This document shows, piece by piece, positions 18,847 to 28,537 of a DNA stretch of 50,138 bases. Source of the DNA: an uncultured virus (IMG/VR IMGVR_UViG_2875207988_000001) (Duplodnaviria; Heunggongvirae; Uroviricota; Caudoviricetes); IMG/VR virus record IMGVR_UViG_2875207988_000001, positions 1-50,138 of that record. One strand, given 5' to 3'. The notes beneath the pieces are model-generated. The model worked only from the letters and a program-made list of their open reading frames with translations, ran no database searches and was not told where the DNA came from. Position 1 is the stretch's first letter, and each line of letters starts with the position of its first letter. Made by a program: the position numbers and the translations under genes.

Positions 18847-20040
18847 TTACATCACAATTGTGTTTTCAATGTAAACGTCTTCAACCATTCCCATTGGATG
18901 GTACTTCGTCTTGATTCCGCGCATTTCACGCTTCGTTTCATAACTCTTAGGCAATTGAGATGGCGTCAAGTAATCTACGCTATAATCCGGTTTACCGGTC
19001 TCGTTACCATCAGCATCAACAGCCGGAGCAATGATGTCCAAATCTCCTGCATCTAAGAAGGTTCCTCGAATTACATTAACGACCGCATTAAATCCAACTT
19101 CGCTGTAAGGGATACCTTGAGCAGCGTTTTGAATGAATAAGTTGGCCACACGTGAATTGGCTTCGTTTTGAATCCAATCCCAGCCAAGAATGGTATCAAT
19201 GTGAACACCATCCGCAGACATCCGAGAACTCGTAACTCTTGGTGATTCAAGGACATAGGCGTAAGTTACGATGTTATACTTGTCCAGATCAGCAAGATCA
19301 TCTGGCGTAAAGTCAAATCGATCCTGTGGCTTGGTATAGGGTAAGTCTCCTAAAGCGTACTTAACTGCAGAATGAGGTTTACGACCGTACTCAGCCCCTA
19401 CAAAAGCAGCATCAAGCACGTTGTTGTAGGTATCTTGTACATCAGCCGAAGAATCATCCACTTCTGGTAAAGTGAACTTCATCGTCCGTTTGTTGTCGGG
19501 ATACTTCCGTAGCTTGGTTGGGTCATTGGCATACAGAATGAACATCCCTGTATTTTGCAGTTCAATGAAGTTAGAAATTGCTTGAGCCACCTCATCGTCA
19601 AAGTCCACTAGGAACCACATTTGTGGTCCGGCAAAGTAATACTTCTTTAGGGCCGTTACGGCGCCTGTAGCATCAGCGCTCATAGTTGGAGTTGTTGTCG
19701 AACTTGATCCGCTTGATGCTGTTACTTTTGCACCATCGCTCGTTGCTTGTGACTGAACGTTAGTTGGATCGTCGACTGCGGCTGTTACCGGTGCATACGT
19801 CAAAGCTAACAAGCTAGCTGCTTCACCATTTGCAGTAAAATAGGCCCGTGCCTTTTTCCAAAACGGAGAGTACATATCGAAATCTTCAGCGACGGCGTCT
19901 AAGTCGTCATAAACCTTGATTCCTTGTTTTTGTCCCTTAACTAATCCACCAGCAAATACTGTCTTGGCAGCCGTTGTGTACTGGTTAGAAATGTGAGCCG
20001 GGCTAATCCGGTTCACCGTGCTGAATAACGTACTAGTCAT
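18847..20040 (-). CDS. Tail sheath protein (DUF3383-like)
   Basis: L..VAEDF...S...K.A..YF, G.HIDTILG.DW, IPY...G motifs. Confidence 0.85.
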   Translation of the reverse strand: MTSTLFSTVNRISPAHISNQYTTAAKTVFAGGLVKGQKQGIKVYDDLDAVAEDFDMYSPFWKKARAYFTANGEAASLLALTYAPVTAAVDDPTNVQSQATSDGAKVTASSGSSSTTTPTMSADATGAVTALKKYYFAGPQMWFLVDFDDEVAQAISNFIELQNTGMFILYANDPTKLRKYPDNKRTMKFTLPEVDDSSADVQDTYNNVLDAAFVGAEYGRKPHSAVKYALGDLPYTKPQDRFDFTPDDLADLDKYNIVTYAYVLESPRVTSSRMSADGVHIDTILGWDWIQNEANSRVANLFIQNAAQGIPYSEVGFNAVVNVIRGTFLDAGDLDIIAPAVDADGNETGKPDYSVDYLTPSQLPKSYETKREMRGIKTKYHPMGMVEDVYIENTIVM

Positions 20041-20549
20041 TATTCATCCTCCTTTTCTGTATCAAAAAAGCCCTCAACGGCGTTAATAACGTCGATTGGG
20101 CTGGTGTAGTGTCGCCAATATTGAATTGTTAGATCAAAACCATGGTGGTGAACCACATGGAATGGTAAGGCCGTCACCGAGCGTGAGTGTGGCGCTGTAG
20201 CCGATTGAATCGTAATTCGAGCATTGGTCCGTAACCATTGTCGTACATACGGATCAAGCAGGTACGACCGTAAATCACCACTCTTTTGCATCCCCTGACT
20301 CAGGGAATCTGCGAAAACGTCCAAGGAAACAGTCGTCTCAAACTGGCCTTCGTTCGCCGTAGCATCACTAAATATTGGATCATCGAAGGTCAACGGATAG
20401 TAGGTGATAAATGGCGTTTTCTTTGCACTGACCACTTGTGCATTGGGAACTACAGGACAATCCGTTATCTTCTCAATAATTTGCATCAGTGGTTGAAACA
20501 TTGCCTCAAAGTCAAACGTCTGCTTGAATGGTTGGCTCAAGAGTGTCAT
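20040..20549 (-). CDS. Neck/tail terminator protein
   Basis: PFITY and GFD.TI motifs; precedes sheath. Confidence 0.65.
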   Translation of the reverse strand: MTLLSQPFKQTFDFEAMFQPLMQIIEKITDCPVVPNAQVVSAKKTPFITYYPLTFDDPIFSDATANEGQFETTVSLDVFADSLSQGMQKSGDLRSYLLDPYVRQWLRTNARITIQSATAPHSRSVTALPFHVVHHHGFDLTIQYWRHYTSPIDVINAVEGFFDTEKEDE

Positions 20550-20937
20550 CCCCCTTCAAGTAATAAACGTAGACGCCAAAATGACGATGATAAGGGTTCT
20601 TTTGCTCCACCTGTAAAACGTGTCCAAAACACTCGACCAGGATCCCTTCACGATAGTCGTGTTCAGAATACCAAGCGTAGCTCCGTGGCAAGGTATTGCC
20701 GCCACCATCTAATGACTGGGCCATACTCATTGCTAACGTCACATTAGAAGTTTTCGGTACTACCGGATCATTTAGCTCCTCCACATCGGAATCATGAGCT
20801 AAATCGGCGGCCGTAAAGGGTACGACCTCATTCATTCCGTTGGTTTTCCCACCATCAAGGACGTTAAGCGTAGGGTGCACCTTGATTGGTTCTGAGAAAA
20901 AACTCAGCGCTTCATAAAGATCACTAATCTCCGGCAC
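20512..20937 (-). CDS. Head closure/neck protein
   Basis: Synteny; C-terminal VYYLK motif. Confidence 0.55.
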   Translation of the reverse strand: MPEISDLYEALSFFSEPIKVHPTLNVLDGGKTNGMNEVVPFTAADLAHDSDVEELNDPVVPKTSNVTLAMSMAQSLDGGGNTLPRSYAWYSEHDYREGILVECFGHVLQVEQKNPYHRHFGVYVYYLKGDDTLEPTIQADV

Positions 20938-21385
20938 GCTTTAACACCTCCTTATCGATTGAGCGGTAAAGCCCACCAGTATCTACCAACGGCTGATTGC
21001 GTCCCTTTTTCTTGATGGTGCTAGAAGCGTTAACCGGACCCACAATATCAATTTGGTTTTTAACATCTTCCACCATCTGATCACCGACCATCTTATAAGC
21101 CTTGTTACCAGTTAATCTTCCGGTAACCACTGCTTTGACTGCTTCTCGGCTGACAAAGCGCCAACTATGCTTACTGTTACGGTAAACAGCTCCACGCAAA
21201 AAAGAACGCGCTGGAATTTTATCAGTCCCAAACTCGTTATACCGGACAATCTTTTGTAATTCTTCAGGCGTGTGCTCCGGGACTGATTTAATTGCTCCAA
21301 CACTCACCTCGGCGGCATTTAATTGCTTCAAATGCCGCTTCTGCATAGTTAATTTGTTCAGGACCTTATCTGCCCCAGATTCCAT
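20924..21385 (-). CDS. Neck protein (HK97 gp10-like)
   Basis: NEFGT..IPARSFLR and NA.STI.KKG...PLVDTG.L..SI motifs. Confidence 0.8.
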   Translation of the reverse strand: MESGADKVLNKLTMQKRHLKQLNAAEVSVGAIKSVPEHTPEELQKIVRYNEFGTDKIPARSFLRGAVYRNSKHSWRFVSREAVKAVVTGRLTGNKAYKMVGDQMVEDVKNQIDIVGPVNASSTIKKKGRNQPLVDTGGLYRSIDKEVLKRAGD

Positions 21386-21612
21386 TAGGCAACCAGCGGA
21401 ATTTTCAGCGTCTTGCCAACGGCCAGCTCGTTACCTTGTAACCCATTAGCCGCATTTAAAGCACCCACAGTCGTCTTATCCCGAAATTTCAGCCACAGGC
21501 CATAAACCGTATCGCCGTCCTGTACCCGGTAAGTCGCAAACGGAACTTCTCGTTCATTAATGAGCACTTGTCCCACTGGTTTTAAACCATTCGTTTTTGC
21601 CAAATTATCCAT
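21385..21612 (-). CDS. LysM domain protein
   Basis: YRVQDGDTVYGL...L.AANGL....L.VG..LKIP. Confidence 0.85.
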   Translation of the reverse strand: MDNLAKTNGLKPVGQVLINEREVPFATYRVQDGDTVYGLWLKFRDKTTVGALNAANGLQGNELAVGKTLKIPLVA

Positions 21613-21618
21613 CCCTTT

Positions 21619-21960
21619 CTATAGAAACTGCACGCCAACCTCTCCATATCCCTGTTCGTTGAGCAAATCCTGAAACTCGTCCCAAGCATCATCATCCATT
21701 GCCTTATCAAACTTTGTGTAGGTACCGTCCTCGGCCTTTACCGTCTGAAAACGTTCCTTGTGTTTGAGAATACGAACAAACAGTAGATGGCAAGCATACA
21801 GGCGAATAGCCCGGTCAACACTGCCATCTTTAATTTGATAACCTTTGATGGATTCTTTGGCGTCTGCAATGGCCGACGCTACTTGAACCACATCAATCTT
21901 AGTGTACTTAGGCAAACCGATAATTAATTTAGAAATAGCGTCATCTGTCATCGAAGTCAC
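21619..21960 (-). CDS. Head-tail adaptor (DUF4054-like)
   Basis: A..LYACHLL motif; synteny. Confidence 0.65.
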   Translation of the reverse strand: MTSMTDDAISKLIIGLPKYTKIDVVQVASAIADAKESIKGYQIKDGSVDRAIRLYACHLLFVRILKHKERFQTVKAEDGTYTKFDKAMDDDAWDEFQDLLNEQGYGEVGVQFL

Positions 21961-21965
21961 CTGTC

Positions 21966-22238
21966 CTAACCAGCTTTAACAGTCGCCCCATCATCGGTTG
22001 GCGTACTTGATAAATCAGTTGGGACCGTCTCCTGAACCTTATTCACCGTAAACCCAGGTACTGGAACCCGGTTAGATTCTGTCTTTGCACCAGTATCGTC
22101 CGTATGAGTAGCTTCGTATTCACCATCGGAAACTACCGTACCGGCAGCCAGGCCAGTGACAGTTGCACCGTCCTCATCCGTCCCAGTCGCAATCGGCGTC
22201 TGTCCATCTTTCTTATACACATTTAACTTCGTAGCCAT
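21966..22238 (-). CDS. Small FN3/Ig-like virion decoration protein
   Basis: VTGL.AGT....GEY......ES..V.VPGFTV pattern. Confidence 0.65.
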   Translation of the reverse strand: MATKLNVYKKDGQTPIATGTDEDGATVTGLAAGTVVSDGEYEATHTDDTGAKTESNRVPVPGFTVNKVQETVPTDLSSTPTDDGATVKAG

Positions 22239-22249
22239 ATTTTTGCCTC

Positions 22250-22387
22250 CTAAGCAAGATAAGCTAATAGCTGTGCCTTTGTATCAGAAGCCTTATAGAC
22301 AATACTGTGCTCGTCTAGGTAAGACTTAATCTGGTCATTAGTCCAGCTGTCGTCAGGAACGCCGCCTTCTTCAGGCGGCGTCGCTAG
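22250..22387 (-). CDS. -1 frameshift extension of major capsid protein (45 aa, HeH/LEM-like)
   Basis: A_AAA_AAC slippery site at capsid stop, 9-bp hairpin, LATPPEEGGVPDDSWTNDQIKSYLDEHSIVYKASDTKAQLLAYLA. Confidence 0.85.
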   Translation of the reverse strand, partial: LATPPEEGGVPDDSWTNDQIKSYLDEHSIVYKASDTKAQLLAYLA

Positions 22388-23505
22388 TTTTTTGCCGAAT
22401 CTGTGGTGGACTTAGTATCGCTAGTAGTCTCGGCAGTTACCCCTTGGGGCTTACTCGCTTCACCAACATTCATTACCATCACATTTCGAACCTTATCAAA
22501 AGCCGGTAAAATATTTTGCGAAACATGAACCAGCGTTGATACAGGGTCGTGAATCCGATCAGTATAGATAGAAATTCCATCGTTTGTCCGCGATAATTGA
22601 ACTGTTGGATCACCAACCAATCCCATATCCTCATTAGTATCGGTCCAAACCATGCGACCTAATGGTCCTTCCGGAGCCAATACGACGGTATTATCTGGAA
22701 TAAATCGGTCGGTCCCAATACCCTTATTGTAGATTACAACCTTAATTCCAAGCGTCTCCTCTACAAGGTTCAATACTGCCGATTGTGACAATGCCACACC
22801 ATCAGTAGCTCGTCCGTCTGTTAACGTTGAAACAACTTCACCGGAATTTCCAAGCTTACGGAAAGTTCGACCATTCATAAAGGCAATCCCAATCGTTGTA
22901 CCATTGTCATCGCTGATTTTATCCATTTGAACCTGGATATCATCTAATGGCTTGGAGTCTTTAGTACCCCATTCCGTTCCCACTTGAATATCTTTATGTT
23001 CTTCTGGCATGTGGAAATCACGGGTGTAAAGTAAACTATTGCTACCATTTCCATCATCACCATTGACCACAATTTTACCGGTCGTCAGGGCTTGCATAGC
23101 CATAATTTCACGAGTGCCATACCCGAACGTCAGCAAATCAGTCAGGTCATTATATTGCGTACGCGTGATAGCAGCAATTTCATCCCGACTAGCATTATTA
23201 GCAAGAGCGCGGTTAATATCGCGACGCCGTTTTTCATTCATGCCTTTGTAGTTCTTGAATGGAATTAACGAATACGATTCGCTCTCGAATCCCCGGTTGC
23301 CAAGCTTAACGGAACTAACATCCTCCGTAGTGGCTGTCATCATACGTAACTTTGACTCTTCACCAAAGTAAAGCTTTGTTGTATCAGTAGTGCTATAAAC
23401 TAGGTCGAAAATACTTTGATACAAGTAAGGTTTGCGCTCATTGGCACGGTCGTTCCACCATGCAATGATGGACGTCGGATTTTCAATATCTCCAATAGTA
23501 AGCAT
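22384..23505 (-). CDS. Major capsid protein (lambda gpE-like family)
   Basis: RE.MAMQALTTGKI, W.....PL.DI, FIPDN.V motifs; synteny. Confidence 0.9.
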   Translation of the reverse strand: MLTIGDIENPTSIIAWWNDRANERKPYLYQSIFDLVYSTTDTTKLYFGEESKLRMMTATTEDVSSVKLGNRGFESESYSLIPFKNYKGMNEKRRRDINRALANNASRDEIAAITRTQYNDLTDLLTFGYGTREIMAMQALTTGKIVVNGDDGNGSNSLLYTRDFHMPEEHKDIQVGTEWGTKDSKPLDDIQVQMDKISDDNGTTIGIAFMNGRTFRKLGNSGEVVSTLTDGRATDGVALSQSAVLNLVEETLGIKVVIYNKGIGTDRFIPDNTVVLAPEGPLGRMVWTDTNEDMGLVGDPTVQLSRTNDGISIYTDRIHDPVSTLVHVSQNILPAFDKVRNVMVMNVGEASKPQGVTAETTSDTKSTTDSAKN

Positions 23506-23521
23506 TTATTTTCCTCCTCTA

Positions 23522-23914
23522 TTAGTCTCGATTAATAATTGTTACTTTAGGCAATGCCGTCTTTAATGCCGTAATGGTCTCATCGGTATACAGCTTACGG
23601 GTGTCATTATCCATACGAGCCAAGTTAATAGTGCCCGCAACAATAACCGAGGCCGGTACTGCCCCATTGGCAATATTGTAGTCTTGACGTAAAATACCTT
23701 GGGCCTTGGTCGCATCCGTTGTGGGATTGAGAACCACCGACCCGTCATTACTGGTCAAAAAGTTCTTATCAGCAGCTAGTAACGTTCCTCCCAAGATGTA
23801 CTTTTGCCCATCTGGGTCTGCCTTAGTAGTAGGATCATCAATCATGTTAGCGATCGACGTAGCATTATAGTCATCGATTAAGATATCGTTGCTTCCAAAT
23901 ACTTGTTTCTTCAT
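23522..23914 (-). CDS. Head decoration protein
   Basis: G.KY..GGTL and GIL..D......ASV...G.IN..R motifs; precedes capsid. Confidence 0.7.
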   Translation of the reverse strand: MKKQVFGSNDILIDDYNATSIANMIDDPTTKADPDGQKYILGGTLLAADKNFLTSNDGSVVLNPTTDATKAQGILRQDYNIANGAVPASVIVAGTINLARMDNDTRKLYTDETITALKTALPKVTIINRD

Positions 23915-23933
23915 AATGTGCCTCCTATTTTAT

Positions 23934-24599
23934 TTAATATTTACTCTGCAATGGAACATTAGTACCGCCCGACTTAGCAACATCAATGCCAAAATTAGTG
24001 TTTGATTCTTGGTGCTTAGTTGCTGATGGAACTCTGCCCCCAACGTATTCACTACGTACTTTGGCTTCAGCGTCCTTTTTAACACTAGTAATGAACGTCA
24101 AAAGTTCACCAGCATTCTCAATAGTTTTATCGCGATCATCATCAACAAACATTGAAACAATATTCTTAGGCATATCAATATGACTCTCTTTAAACACATC
24201 AAGTGTTGAATCAATAATATCGCGACGCGCCAATTGCTTTTCTAATGCTTCAACTTTGATTTGTTCGGGCGATTTTTCTTTCTCTTCGTCCTCTTTATCG
24301 CCTGATCTAAGCTTCTTCAACTCGCGCTGAGCTTGCTCAAGCTGTTGCTGAAGTTCATTTTTCTTGCTCTGTTCTTTACCGATACGACTTTGAAGTTTTT
24401 CAATAACCTTATCGTTATCAGATCCAGCATCATTTGGATCAGTTCGAATATCTTGTTCCTCAGTGGCTTCAGTAATCGTCTCTGTTGATTGATCGTCATT
24501 AGCATTGGCTTCGTTATCATTGCTTGCATCGCCATTTGTTGAATCGTTCTCAGCAAAAAACTGCAGCTGCATTGGCATTAATCCATTAAATCGTTTCAT
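23934..24599 (-). CDS. Capsid scaffolding protein (DUF4355-like)
   Basis: M.LQFFAE N-terminus, acidic region and coiled coil; AAGGAG RBS. Confidence 0.85.
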   Translation of the reverse strand: MKRFNGLMPMQLQFFAENDSTNGDASNDNEANANDDQSTETITEATEEQDIRTDPNDAGSDNDKVIEKLQSRIGKEQSKKNELQQQLEQAQRELKKLRSGDKEDEEKEKSPEQIKVEALEKQLARRDIIDSTLDVFKESHIDMPKNIVSMFVDDDRDKTIENAGELLTFITSVKKDAEAKVRSEYVGGRVPSATKHQESNTNFGIDVAKSGGTNVPLQSKY

Positions 24600-24707
24600 A
24601 CTAAAACTCCTTTCGCGCATTTTAGGTCGTGGGAGACCATATACTCAGGTTGTTCTTTAGCGTCCGCAACACACGGAAAAGGACAAAATAAAAAGCCTTC
24701 ATAGGCT

Positions 24708-25649
24708 TTAATAATTGTTAAAATCCACAAAATTTGGGTCACTAGCTGGCGTCTTATGACACCGACAATTAGGATGGCTATCATCTGGTATCAAGGGGGC
24801 ATCGTCAAGCAAATATGGTCCATTAGAAGCAGTGCCGGCACACTTAGCGCACGCTCCTGGTTCTGCGATCCAATCAACCATTTTTACATTTTTCATTCGA
24901 TAAGTAGTCATGTTGACCTCATCAGTTAAACGAGCTGACTCGGTTCGAACTATTCGACGTGAATTGTATTCCATTTGTTTAACTCGATCAGCTACTGACT
25001 GACCTGGTTTGAATTGTGTCGGATTAGCATGTTCAGTCAGCATCCCATCAATATCAGTCAACTGCATATCATGTCTCAGATATTTATTGACCAACGTTTC
25101 AATGTCGTTAGCTAAGCTATCACTATCAATCCATAAATTAGCTGACCACTTGCTTTGCCTACGAGCTTGACTAATAATGCTGCCGATCTTTTTAGCTTGC
25201 TTCTTAGATAGATTAAACGAAGTCTTCATGCGCCTTAGTTCGGTGTCGGCATCTAACCCGATACGCCTTTCGATGTTCCGCTGATTTTTAACGGTCATGA
25301 TGATAATAGCTAACCCTATTAAAGCAGCAAGAACATGTTTCCTATCAATGTGAATTTGTGCATTATAAGCCTTAATCCGAACAAACGCCTCATTAGGCCA
25401 ATCACTCATATCAGTTTGTCTAATGGCATCTTGCCATTCTTTCAACTCCCAGTGGCTAGCGCGAATGCTGACCTGAGATACAGTCAACCCATTATCGTTA
25501 GCATAGCGAGCGTAAAACTGTGTTAAGTGATTACGTATATACATTAAGCATTCGCGGTAATATTGACTACTTTGAACGTCCGTTTGGTTGTCCAAGTCAA
25601 TCAGCTGCTTAATTCTTTGACGTTCCTGTTGAATTGTCAGAGATACCAC
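24708..25649 (-). CDS. Minor capsid protein (Mu gpF/SPP1 gp7-like)
   Basis: RIVRTE, CAKC and HPNCRC motifs. Confidence 0.9.
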   Translation of the reverse strand: MVSLTIQQERQRIKQLIDLDNQTDVQSSQYYRECLMYIRNHLTQFYARYANDNGLTVSQVSIRASHWELKEWQDAIRQTDMSDWPNEAFVRIKAYNAQIHIDRKHVLAALIGLAIIIMTVKNQRNIERRIGLDADTELRRMKTSFNLSKKQAKKIGSIISQARRQSKWSANLWIDSDSLANDIETLVNKYLRHDMQLTDIDGMLTEHANPTQFKPGQSVADRVKQMEYNSRRIVRTESARLTDEVNMTTYRMKNVKMVDWIAEPGACAKCAGTASNGPYLLDDAPLIPDDSHPNCRCHKTPASDPNFVDFNNY

Positions 25650-27237
25650 TCTCTACGCCCGCTTTCTGCTGGTCAGTAACATACTTATATACGTTTCCCT
25701 TAGTATCATTGGCCGCCTCTTTATTTTCTTCTTTGAGCCGCTCCACTTCAGCATTAGGATCATCGATACGCGATAAGAACCCAAGCTTAGTAGCGTCACT
25801 AACTTGCCCATCCAGTGTTTGAACCGTCTGGGCTTCTTCCAAAACGTTGTGTGGAATACTTTGCTTATGGTCAAACGTCAAATCGTTGGGATTGGCATTC
25901 TCACTCCATTGTTTGAAGAGAATAGTGAACATTTGACGCAGTGCTTTATCCATTTTGTGTGACTTAACTCGTGCTCTGGCCTGCATTGGTTGATATCGTT
26001 GCAGCAACGCCACGCCACTAATAGACTGAGCTGACATGCCAAAGCTAGAGTCATTTAGATTAACAACTTGTGATGTTTGATAAACCATATCAATAGCGCG
26101 ATTCAAAAAATTTTCTTTGGCGTCATCATGCGGATCAGGCGATAAAAACGTTGCCGTTGGCGTTATGTTTCCCTTATTCATGTCGACCGCGGTTTTCTTT
26201 TTCGGATAAATGTTGATAACATGACTGTCCTGAAGCATTTCGATTTGTTTGCTATCTAACTTATCACCAGTAACAACTAAATAAGACTCATTGAATGTAT
26301 CATTGTCATTACCCTTAGCTGACATCACATTATCAATAGCATCAATCAGGTTGATGGAGTCGTCGAACAGCCCAGCTCTATCAGAATCTTCAGCCAACTC
26401 AATCACTGGTAGCACTGGAAAATTTAACATATCGCTTTTAATAACATGAGCGGGATCTTTCGGATCGGTATTAGTTATTTTTAGAGCCCCAGATTCAGCA
26501 CTATCTTCAGTGTCAAATTCGAAGACCGCGTTTTTGGTAATCAATTCCCCATATTTATGAGCCACCCCAGTTGAGTATCGAATAGCAAACATCGGTTTTC
26601 GCTCAACTGAATCATCATACACAACGATAGTGTCACGAGGTGAACATACCGCCATTTTTAATTCTGACTGTCCATCTACACTATCTTGTGCCGAATTCAC
26701 TTCATACAAATACAAGTATGCCCGACCGTAGATATCAGCCTGTTTAGACCATTCGCTGAATACATCGCCGTAATCATTCTGATTAAGCCATGTTTTGATT
26801 TTGTCGTTCAACTTATTGTCATTTGTAGAATCCTTATTAGACTGATGCTTAATAATCACTGGGTCACCACTAAAATAACCATTAAATGTGCTAACTAGTT
26901 TTTTAGGCAAGTTAAATGCCAATCGGTTATCGGGCTTATTTAGTGGTTTATTTGGTCTATTCGTAATCTTGTGATGCCGACCAATGTAATAGTCATGCTT
27001 TATTTTATATTTATCTGCAAGATAGCTATCATGGTAATTCATAATCCGCTTAACGTCGTCTAGATGATCAATGATATTAGCTTCTCCAATATCTTTTCGG
27101 TACAAAAACACGTCATCATCCGTTATTGTGACATTGTCCGACAAAGCCGACTGTCCGTCATTATTATGCGCATCACGCAACAATGGTTCGCCACTTAAAA
27201 CAAAATCCTGCATATTTTTGGGATCTCTGTCTAGCAA
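25609..27237 (-). CDS. Portal protein, SPP1 gp6-like
   Basis: YY.G.H, NRL..N, LIDA.D, SGVAL motifs. Confidence 0.92.
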   Translation of the reverse strand: MLDRDPKNMQDFVLSGEPLLRDAHNNDGQSALSDNVTITDDDVFLYRKDIGEANIIDHLDDVKRIMNYHDSYLADKYKIKHDYYIGRHHKITNRPNKPLNKPDNRLAFNLPKKLVSTFNGYFSGDPVIIKHQSNKDSTNDNKLNDKIKTWLNQNDYGDVFSEWSKQADIYGRAYLYLYEVNSAQDSVDGQSELKMAVCSPRDTIVVYDDSVERKPMFAIRYSTGVAHKYGELITKNAVFEFDTEDSAESGALKITNTDPKDPAHVIKSDMLNFPVLPVIELAEDSDRAGLFDDSINLIDAIDNVMSAKGNDNDTFNESYLVVTGDKLDSKQIEMLQDSHVINIYPKKKTAVDMNKGNITPTATFLSPDPHDDAKENFLNRAIDMVYQTSQVVNLNDSSFGMSAQSISGVALLQRYQPMQARARVKSHKMDKALRQMFTILFKQWSENANPNDLTFDHKQSIPHNVLEEAQTVQTLDGQVSDATKLGFLSRIDDPNAEVERLKEENKEAANDTKGNVYKYVTDQQKAGVESGISDNSTGTSKN

Positions 27238-27252
27238 GAGTCAAATGCCTCC

Positions 27253-28536
27253 TTAATAATGATCGATTAGCTGAATGCCATCGTCTTCTTCATATTCTGG
27301 TTGTAGCATGGTGGCACAGAAGTAGCGCATAGCGTCCATCATGTGGTCGTGTTGTTTAAGTGGCTTATCCTCACCAAGCTGAGCTCTTTTCTCATCCCAC
27401 ACGTAGCTAGCTAATTCTTTAAATAAGCCCGGTAGGTTGTGCGTAAACTTAATTTGCCCATTACTCATAAGTGACTGCGTCAAACGAATTCCAGGCAAAA
27501 CATCATTGTACGCTTGATAAACTGCGCGTCCTCGTGATTCAAGCTCGATAATAAAATTCTGTGCTGCAGGATCGACAATGATCGGTGCACTAATCAGCCC
27601 CAAGAAATTATCCAAATCATCGGCGTATTGTTGATCGGTCTTTTGAATACCACTATCATCATGACGTGCGTCATAATAATATTCGCGTAAGCAATACCAG
27701 ATGCCATCAGAAAGCCCCCATAGTAGGAACACCGTAGGATTTTGAGCACCGTAGTCACATGAAACGTAATATTGAGTAATCGTGGCATAATCTGGTGCAT
27801 CTGTTACCATTAATTGCTCGTCGAAATTGTCATAAATAATCCCATCGCTAAGTACCCACAGTCCTTCGATATATCGCTGATAAAATACCCCTGAATACAT
27901 TCGCTCATATCGGTCAATAACTTCATCAGAAAGTGATGGGTTATCACTCATAACAAAATGAATGTGTAATGCCCTATGTTGCTCTAAATTGTCTAACCAT
28001 TCTAGCTTAAACCAATGATACGGCCCGGCAGGATTACAGTTGAACCAATACTTGCCTCCGTCTCTTGACACACGCGCAGTAGCTTGATTAACAAAAGATT
28101 GTGGCATCAGTGCAACTTCATCAAAAAAGAATCCCGCCGCCGTAAGACCTTGAACCAAATCTTGACTGCCTTCGTCTTTGCCACCAAATAAGTAGTAATA
28201 ATTGGTTCTGCCGCCATAACTGATCTCCAGCATATTATCTGCTCGTCTATCTTTAACGTGATACCCACGGCCCTCTAGCATACGTTTCAAAGGCCGTATG
28301 ACGTTCCGACGTAATGACCCTATAGTTTTGCCAGCAATGCCAAACTGTTCCTCAGAAAAGCTATACATAGACCAGATAACGTATGACATAGACATGACCA
28401 TTGTTTTACCAGCACGAACAGATCCATCACAAATTAGCGCTTCACAATCTTTCGTATTTGGGTCTATCCACCAGCTCAACACGTGAAGTTGCTTGCTACT
28501 AAATGGTACATATGGGGTTTGAATTTGTTCAGCCAT
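27253..28536 (-). CDS. terL: Terminase large subunit, PBSX family
   Basis: DGSVRAGKT Walker A, FFDEVAL Walker B, DYG..NPT, DH.MDA.RY. Confidence 0.95.
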   Translation of the reverse strand: MAEQIQTPYVPFSSKQLHVLSWWIDPNTKDCEALICDGSVRAGKTMVMSMSYVIWSMYSFSEEQFGIAGKTIGSLRRNVIRPLKRMLEGRGYHVKDRRADNMLEISYGGRTNYYYLFGGKDEGSQDLVQGLTAAGFFFDEVALMPQSFVNQATARVSRDGGKYWFNCNPAGPYHWFKLEWLDNLEQHRALHIHFVMSDNPSLSDEVIDRYERMYSGVFYQRYIEGLWVLSDGIIYDNFDEQLMVTDAPDYATITQYYVSCDYGAQNPTVFLLWGLSDGIWYCLREYYYDARHDDSGIQKTDQQYADDLDNFLGLISAPIIVDPAAQNFIIELESRGRAVYQAYNDVLPGIRLTQSLMSNGQIKFTHNLPGLFKELASYVWDEKRAQLGEDKPLKQHDHMMDAMRYFCATMLQPEYEEDDGIQLIDHY

Positions 28537-28537
28537 A

